Of a DNA stretch of 64,000 nt, positions 54,906-64,000 are shown piece after piece. The notes under the pieces were generated by a model, which was not told the origin of the DNA, ran no database searches, and worked only from the letters and a program-made list of their open reading frames with translations. The stretch is from Octopus vulgaris. Lineage: Eukaryota. The stretch spans positions 49,166,001 to 49,230,000 of the forward strand of contig OX597819.1 in assembly GCA_951406725.2 (NCBI GenBank), given 5' to 3'. Position 1 is the first letter of the stretch, and every line of letters begins with the position of its first letter. A program made the position numbers and the translations under genes.

Positions 54906-57900
54906 TTATAGTCATATATATAAATATATAAAGGTAGTTTGTTAAAGTGTTTAGGATTCATGGAATGATAAAGAATAGTAGTGTTGAACTTTAGCATAGG
55001 GTCACTGACTCCTGTTCTTTTAAACCTGTGTACTTACTGGAGTGTTATTGTTGATTATTTCTATAAGAATCTGTATTAACTGCTAAAAGGTGAAAGCTGA
55101 TATATTAAAGCAGGGAAGTCTATAGTGCTGAATGTGATAAATTAAACAATAAATGGTAACTGAGAGAGTCATAAAAAACCAATGCAAAACATCAACAGGA
55201 TTTTATAAGATACTAATAAATACCACAGATAGCACAGTTTTGATGCAATAGATGCATTTGTAGTATGGAACAAATGTATATTGTAATTTTTATTTGGTTT
55301 AGAAGTTTTAGACAAGGTTCCACAGTACAGATGTTTGCTGGATAATGAGTAGGATGTCAAGAATGGATTTACAACTCAAAATATCTTATCAGAACCAGAA
55401 GGTACTTTTCCATAAAATTCTACAAGTGATAGTGCAGAAATTCTGAATAAGAGTATGCTAGAATTTGAAAACACTTAATTTTCATTGAATAATCATTAAA
55501 AGACAAAAGTAGGAAATCTATGCAGAACAATAATGATTATATGATTTCAAATCTTGACACAAGGCCAGTAATTTTTGTGGAAGGAGTTCATTGATTACAT
55601 CAACTGCAGTACTTGACTGGTATTTTATTTTATTGACTCTGAAAGGATGAAAGGCAAAGTTGATCTCTATGGGATTTGAACTCAGCATATAAAGATCAGG
55701 AAGAAATGCCACTAAGTATTTTGTTCACCATGCTAAGAATTCTGCCATCTTGCTACCTTTGGAACAGTAATAATCAAATGCTAACATTAATATACAGGAG
55801 TTATAATTCTTCTAGTCAATAGGTATTTAATATTTCTGTAGTCCAACAGCAGTTCTGCCTTCTCTTTCTATCCAAACTTCTTGAATTTTAAAGAAATCAA
55901 GGTCAATATGACAGTTGTGAGAGAACCTCCTTGAAGCTATTGATTGCTTCAGATTAAGTGATCAATGATAGAAATCTACATCGATATACAGACACATACA
56001 GTGATATACAGATATTCAGAGATACTTATACTCTCTCAACTGCTTATAGAAACAGCTCTTTCCTTGCTTTAGAGATGCAATAATCTCATTTCAAAAGAGG
56101 TTAGAATGTTTGGTGTATTCTCCCACGGTTCTTGTTCTGAAGAGATATCAGCCATCAGCCATCAACTATTTTTGATATTTTCTCAATAAAATCAAGACGT
56201 TAATATTACTCATTACCTTTTTATGTTTCAAAACTGATGTTATCTATACAATTATTGATAGACTTTTATTCTTGATATTTCTTGTAAAAATTAGTTTTCC
56301 AACATTTTATAACCCCATGGTTCCAGTCAAACGTAATGACTTAAGATTATTAGAAGATGCACAAATAAATATGGGTTTATTCTGAACAGATTGAAATATA
56401 ATCTTAATGATGGACACAACCCAAGGTTACACAAGTATGCAGTGGCAAATAGTCCTGTCATAAAGTAACCATTTAAAAATATTTAAATCCCATAGCCATA
56501 CAATCCATGTCAATAGATAATTATGTTTCTTGTAAAATCAAAGAGATTTTTTTAAAATTTTGTTTAAATGTAAATATATATTTCTTTAATGGTTCTAATT
56601 ATTAAATACCAGTGTGGTTTAGTGTGGTGTTAGAAATATTTGTTGTTGTTGTTGTTGTTGTTGCTGTCACTCAGTTTTAATATGCAAACTCATGATTAAA
56701 GTATTCCAGCCATAATCCCCACCTCAGCCTATCTAATATTACAATATCTATTGTTTTTTAAGATGATGGAACAGGGTACTATTTGTAGCAACCAAAATTT
56801 CCCCACATGTACAACCTCACTTGTTGGCCCACTATGCTTGTATTTGCATAAGTAGACATGCTACATCTGTAAAATACTTACAAATATTGCAACGAGACAC
56901 TCTATGTATGTGCACATTTATAGCACTTATCTTCAGTTGTTACGAATGTACAGCTTACTGAGGCAGTGACTATAACATGCAGTCACTGCAAAGCGCCATG
57001 TGGTGTTCAGAGTTCAAATTAATGAAAATCAATCTAGTACAAACTAGAACAGAATATAAGTGAAGCTAGACAAATGTGATATTGATTCAAGGTCAAAGAT
57101 TATTATTTCGGTTTCTAAGACTACAAAAAGATTGTGTGAAAAACATCTTCAGAAATATCAGGAAGTGAACTAAGACTTGTCAATGTTCAAATGACCTTCA
57201 AACTTTAAACTTTTACTTCTAAAGTAATTTAGCTAATAGGTGTCAACATTCTTACAGCTACTTGGCTAAGTTTCATTTGCTTGCTGCTGTTCTGTATTTC
57301 ATCCAATGAAACACGAGTATTTCCTATTCTTCTTTCTTTTTTCCATATGATCCAATCAATTTTTGTTGGATTATCACTTTTAGGACAACTCTATTTAGTA
57401 GAGCTCCATTCTGGCTGTTTGGCACAGCCTGTTTTTCTACAACAGCTGCAAACAACTGCCAACCCATCAGTATTTTGCTAACCAGGGGGACCCAAGTGTC
57501 TATTCTCCATGACACTTATAACATATTGAGAAACACATCCATAAAAATTGTAAATTATATAACTGAACAATACAGTGTAGACAGCTTAGAAATTACAGAT
57601 GTACTGACAGTTTTGTTAAGATAACTGGGTCATTCAGTAAAAAATCCCAGGATGAGAGTTGGTGTAAAGAAAATAGATGTGTGTGTGCGTGTTTTTATAT
57701 ATGAGGGAGAGAGAGAGAGAAAGCAAGCAAGAGAAAGAAATGAAGGCAAAGGATTTATGTGATGCTTGTATATTTATCTCTCTCTCACAGTATGTGTGTG
57801 TGTAACCCATGCTAGCATGGAAAACGGATGTTAAACGATGATGATGATGATGATGATATATAAATATATACATATACATATAGAGAAATACTTGAGTTTG

Positions 57901-58012
57901 TATCTGTTTGCAAGTGCATCTTTTTGTTGTATGTAGAAATGCAAAGATATGTATGTTTGTGAGAGAAAGAGGGAGAGAGAGAGAAAGAGAAAGAAAGAGA
58001 GCATGTATGTGT

Positions 58013-58068
<56 letters not shown>

Positions 58069-59203
58069 ATGTGTGTGCGCGTGGCATGTGTGTGCCGGTG
58101 AGGGATGGGGGAGAGACGGAATTAGATAAAGGGGGAAATTGAACTAAAGGTAGTGCAGTTTTGTCTTCAAACAGCTGTTTGTGAAGAAAATAGATGAAAG
58201 AGGTCAGTATCATAATTAAAACATTACCATCCCCCACTCTTGTTTCTTGTTGCTTCTTAAAGAAGCTAAACATAAAGAGAAATGTAAAGCAATATATCTG
58301 CTGGAAACACAACTTTTGTTTTTGTTTAACCCAAGGTTGGTTCTGATTCAGAAGACCTCCAATCAAAAGTTTTCTAGCTGTAACTGCTACATCATCATCA
58401 TCATCATCATATACTTAATATATAGAACAGGCCAGCTACTGGGATATTAGTCCCGGTTAGAAACTTAACAAAAATCCAAGCCAGCAGGGACTAGCAAGGA
58501 TGCCTAATGCATTTTGGCCCCACAACCAGCCACATGCTTGGATGAAAATTTGTCATTTTCAATAGAAGAAACAGTGGATAAAGCATCCACTGATGTTGTA
58601 AATAACTGCCCAACTGAATATAAATCTGGTATATGCAATTGTGGCGGAATCAAATAAAAATAGCAAATATGTAACATTGAAAAGGCTTCAAAGGGCTAAA
58701 ATATATTTGACATTCTTGCTAGCCATAGCTGGGGTGGATTCTCATCTCTTACTGATATTTATTGTGTTTTTAACACTGCACATCCATAAGAAATATTATT
58801 TTGGGACAAATATCAGCAGTATTTATACATTAGATATGGTATATAGATAAGTATATTGAAATATTCAAGTTTGTAATAGTGAAACAGTTGACATAGGAAC
58901 CAGTCCCATTTGTTGTGTTCATTAAGAAATAAATTAATCTAATTATATAATTAGCAATGTGTCACTATTTCCCACTTTGTTCATTCTGTGCTGTGGTATT
59001 TTCACTAAGTCTGAAATTTGTAGAAAGAAATACTGACACATCATTCAGTTAGCTCTGCTCTGATATTTTCACTATGTCTGAATTTCATGGAAACACTAAC
59101 AGGTCATTAAACGTATTGATTACTGACAAGAAATATACATGTGTATATGTCTATGTTCATGCCTGCATGTGCACACGCACGCACACACACACACATACAC
59201 ACA

Positions 59204-59268
<65 letters not shown>

Positions 59269-59450
59269 ACACACACACACACACAACAGGATTCCTTTTC
59301 AGTTTTCTGCCTACCAAATTTACTCACAAAGCTTTAATTGGTCTAGGATTATGGTATGAGACAACTGTCCAAGACGTCAAGCAGTGAGACTAAATTCAAA
59401 ATTATGAGCATCTATATCATTATATTACATATAATACTATATAACTATAT

Positions 59451-59913
59451 TATGGCTGTTTGGTTAAAAACTTGCTTCCCACCATTTGGTTCTGGGTTCA
59501 GTCCCATTGCATGGCACCTTGGGCAAGTGTCTTCTACTATAGCCTCAGGCCAACCAAAACCTTGTGAGTGGATTTGGTCGACAGAAAGTAAAAGAAGCCT
59601 GTTGTGTATATAAATGTGTGTATATATACATACATACATATAAATAGATATATGTATATATATATATACACACACATATATGTATGTATATGCATATATC
59701 TGTGTGTCTGTCCCACACCACCACCATTTGACAAAGGTGCTGGTATGTTTATATCCCTGTAACTTAGCAGTTCAGCAAAAGATATCGATAGAATAAGTAC
59801 CTGGCTTAAAAAAATAAGAGGTACAGGGGTCGATTTATTTGACTAAAATTCTTCAAGGTGCTGCCCCAGCATGGCCACAGTCTAATGACTGAAACAAGTA
59901 AAAGAATAAAAGA
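59451..59913 (+). mobile_element. SINE family A
   Basis: Full-length collinear copy. Confidence 0.88.
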
Positions 59914-60396
59914 ATATTATATACATGATTGATACTACTACAGGCCATGCTGACTCTGGCAACTGAGGCCTATAAAATCTAACTGAAACCCTTTCCCAAA
60001 ATGTGTGGCTTTATGCCTTTGTAAAAAAATTACTATATGTACCTTACTTAATAAACTATGAATACATAAAGTAGTCATAGCAACAGCAATGGCAGTAGAA
60101 GTAGTGAAGAAGGATGATGGTGGTGGTAGTGGTGGTGATGGTGATGTAGTAGGGACAGCACTAATGATGGTGGTAATGGTGATATTGGTGACTGTCTTGA
60201 TTATAGTAGTGATAACAGTAGTGATAATGGTACTGGTATGGTCATGTCAGTAGTACAAATTAAAGGATGGTAACAACAATAATAGTTAAGTGGGCTCATT
60301 AACAGAATTACCAATGAGACCACCTACGACATTTTTAAATAGATTATTTTCAAAACAGTTAGTTAGTCTGAGAGAAGCATAAGTGTTTCAACTTAC

Positions 60397-60434
60397 CAAG
60401 CTTTCAGTAACTGATGCTTGTAGTAACTCTGTCC
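60397..60434 (-). CDS. Candidate 38-nt internal exon of an unidentified gene
   Basis: ttttattttcttcttcag|GGACAGAGTTACTACAAGCATCAGTTACTGAAAGCTTG|gtaagt; open as xTELLQASVTESL or GQSYYKHQLLKA. Confidence 0.5.
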
Positions 60435-62220
60435 CTGAAGAAGAAAATAAAATGTTCAAGATATTTAAAACATAAGAGATTGTTGATACTATTCTGGGAA
60501 TTGATTAGAACTTTATGGTAAAAAAAAAAAAATTAAAATAGAACAAATATATTTTAAGTAAAACGTGTTGTATATTTGTACAAAATATCTGTGGGAGAGA
60601 AAAAAATCTCATTCATATCCTTGATAAATCCTAACTAGACATTTTTGCAGGTGATTGCTATTATCATTTCTATAAAGGTTATTCTTATCTGTTCACTCTA
60701 CCCCACAATCATTATCATCACTACAGACATATTTATTCATTACTTCTTTTAAATCCTGGCTGATAAATAGACTGACATGAACAGATCTCTTGCTCTTTCT
60801 CAATATATCACACATATTTATGCATGCACTGTTAGGAAATAATTCAATTGTGTAACTCAGCTCAAATTGCATTTACTCTGATGTACAAATAAAGACTAAC
60901 TAAATGGTTAAATCATTGATTTACAGCCAGACTACTAAGTCAAAATTGCAACCTACTCCCGCAAGTAATCGCACATCTGTACATCAATGTCTACCTGAAA
61001 AATACCGGGAGTGGAGGCCCAGGGATGAGCCTGCTCTAAATGCTTACAGTAAAGAGAAATTTTTTTAAAGGAACCCAAGAACTAGGTAACGGTGGTGGGG
61101 ATGGTGCTAACCCAGGTGATGATTATGTAAACAAGAGGTATTGTTTAACCAGATGAATTAGGTATATGATCTTATTCATATAACTGAAAACATTAGTGTA
61201 TTTCTCCCTTTGAACAGATTAGTGATTGACTGCATGAACTGTGTTCTTCTTGAAAACGGTTTTTTAAAAGCATATTTGAAATTTGTAGAATCATTCAGTC
61301 TATTTTGGGTCCATAAAAATTCCGTGCAATCCAAGTACAAAGACCAAGGGAAACAAAATAATATTCAGAATTTCATAGGTGCAGGAGTGGCTTGTTCCCA
61401 CACCATCGCTTAACAACTGATGTTGGTGTGTTTATGTACCCATAACTGAGCAGTTCGGCAAAAGAGACCGATAGGCTAAGTACTAGGCTTACAAAGAATA
61501 AGTCCTGGGGTCGCTTTGTTCGACTAAAAGTGGTGCTCCAGCATGGCTGCAGTCAAATGACTGAAGCAAATAAAAGAATAAAAGAATAAAATAATAAATT
61601 ATGTGAACAGAAGATGAGCCATCAAGAACAAGGTCCAGAATGGTGAGAAAGCATCTAGCTGTCTCTGACTGAGAAGAGGTGATAGTGGGACCAGAAGAAG
61701 GCCACTTGGACACAGGCCTAGACTTTACGAACCTTGGTCTGGTTGTCTTATAAGTAATATATAGGCTTTTTTTTTTTCTTTTCGTCATTTTTTACATTCT
61801 GAGTTCAAATTCTGCCAAGGTCAACTTTGCCTTTCATTCTTTCGGGGTTGATAAAATATACACTAGTTGAACACTGGAGTTGATCTAATTGACTTATTCC
61901 CTCCCTCAAAATCGCTGACCTTGTGCCAAATTTTTAAAATCAATACATAGGTTGTTTACATAAATTTTCCTTCATTCATAACCTCCAAGATGAAATGGTG
62001 TGTGTGTGTGTGTTTGTCACAAGTTCTTATAAAATTGGTCATATTGATTAATATTCTGCCAATTCTCTTCTACTTTTACGCAATAGTCAACAAAAGATTG
62101 GATGATGCTAGTACCATTTTAATTTATATCAGTTAATCATTTTTCTTTAGATCTACATCAAACCTCACCAATTAGACCTATAATGAATGACATTCTCGGT
62201 AAGACCATGCCAACTATTTT

Positions 62221-62583
62221 GCAAGACTGCACGTTTCTTTGGGAACCAGACAAAAATTGCTGAAGCTTGGCTGGGATGTGTTACTTCACCCTCCATAGTC
62301 CCTAGATATTGCTCCTTCGGATTTCCCTTTATTCAGGTCTCTGCAGAATAGTCTTAAAGGTAAGAATTTCAATTCCTTGGATGACGTAAAAAGATACCTT
62401 GATGAATTCTTTGCCATGAAACCACCTCAATTCTGGGAAGAGGGTATTTTCAAGTTAAAGGAAAGATGGAGACGCATTGTGCAACAAAATGGTTCGTATT
62501 TGGTTGATTAAAAATGTAATGGCAAGTATTTATTGACCTTTTTCTTTCCTTTAAAAATTGGCACAAACTTTCTGGACAACCCA

Positions 62584-62586
<3 letters not shown>
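62221..62586 (+). mobile_element. mariner transposase 3' fragment with right TIR and TA
   Basis: ARLHVSLGTRQKLLKLGWDVLLHPP*SLDIAPSDFPLFRSLQNSLKGKNF...[25 protein letters not shown] (YSPDLAPSD motif with one in-frame stop). TIR AAATTGGCACAAACTTTCTGGACAACCCAG|TA. Confidence 0.93.
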
Positions 62587-62620
<34 letters not shown>

Positions 62621-62981
62621 CATACATATATATATACATACATATATATATACATACATATATATATATATACATACATATATATATACATACATATATA
62701 CATATATATATACATACATACACACACATATATATATACATACATATATATATATATACATATATATACATGGCGTTAGGAAGGGCATCCAGCCATAGAA
62801 ACACTGCCAGATTTGACTGGGCCTGATGAAGCCTTCTGGCTTCACAGACCCCAGTAGAACCGTCCAACCCATGCTAGCATGGAAAACGGACGCTAAACGA
62901 TGATGATGATGATGATGATGATGATACATACATACATATATATATATATACATATATATACATACATACATATATATATAT

Positions 62982-63062
<81 letters not shown>

Positions 63063-63066
63063 CATA

Positions 63067-63126
<60 letters not shown>

Positions 63127-63191
63127 CATACATACATATATATATACTTACATACATACATATATATACATACATACATACATATATATAC

Positions 63192-63234
<43 letters not shown>

Positions 63235-63265
63235 CAAAATAAATATATATATATATATATATATA
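62587..63265. repeat. (TA)n/(TACA)n microsatellite with a retroposon E fragment inside
   Basis: Read directly from the sequence. Confidence 0.95.
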
Positions 63266-64000
63266 TTCATGTTAACATGTGCAGGATGATTTCATAAACT
63301 GAAAAAACATTGACTTATGAATTATCTAATCATGTGGTTTTTGCTATGGTTGCTTCCTTCAACAATGGAAAAGGAGTGGCAGGATACAGAGCAGCTGTGC
63401 AAAATTTTCCACTCATGGCTAAGCAATCAATCAATAGTTTAGCAAGAAAACCCTGGAAGAATGGAGCATTGAATACACACAATCTAAAAGTGCCACATTT
63501 AAAGAGATATACAATAAACTGACTGAATTAATGTCTAAATTGTAACTTAATGAAATTGCAAAGAATTAAAAGACTGAATGGAAATAGTCAATCTCAAATT
63601 GTTTTAAGAGCAATTTTGGTGATTGTTAACATAATTAGTTAATGAGATTTTAAAAAGATATATAATTAGTGAGCTATTTAAAGAAAAATTATTGCTGTGT
63701 GGTAAGAAGTTTGCTTCCCAACCACATGGTTCTGGGTTCAGTGCCACTGCATGGTACCTTGAGTAAGTGTCTTCTAATATAACCTCAAGTGTCTTCTACA
63801 ATAACCTCAAGCTGACCAAAGCTTCGTGAGTGGATTTGGTTGATGGAAACTGAAAGAAGCCCATCATATATATGTATGTGTGTGTATATCTTTGTGTTTG
63901 TGTTTGTCCCCCACCACCACTTGACAGCTGGTGTTGGCATGTTTATGTCCCTGTAACTTAGTGGTTCAGTGAAAGAGATCAATAGAATAAGTACCAGACT

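Noticed and set aside
56958-56996. 9-bp hairpin GCAGTGACT/AGTCACTGC flanked by CTGAG and AAAGC as another hammerhead
   Set aside because: Both core motifs are incomplete and helices I and III are not evident.
62450-63289. Longest ORFs (251 aa etc.) rich in Y/I/C/V/M/H/T
   Set aside because: Translations of (TA)n/(CA)n microsatellites; the same applies to ORFs at 2.4, 5.7, 20.4, 40.7, 43.3, 48.7 and 59.1 kb.

Overview
AT-rich, repeat-saturated animal genomic DNA. The SINE/MITE families and very dense (CA)n/(TA)n microsatellites suggest an octopod cephalopod, probably Octopus (inferred from sequence style, not a search). Nearly all ORFs in the supplied track are microsatellite or SINE read-through, and I recognise no intact host gene, although several candidate minus-strand micro-exons suggest the window is mostly intronic. 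Identifiable content: dozens of tRNA-derived SINEs (4-5 families), LINE fossils (RTE, CR1-like, CRE-like), a decayed hAT/Charlie transposase, a mariner 3' end, several MITE types and a non-autonomous Helitron. The most striking feature is at 53989-54429: a 5'-truncated U2 snRNA copy between two ~110-bp inverted arms, each containing a hammerhead-ribozyme-like motif of the Penelope type. A U2-free relative lies at 46456-46654, and its short inverted arm starts almost exactly at the predicted cleavage site. A second, unrelated hammerhead-like element is at 47421-47636.
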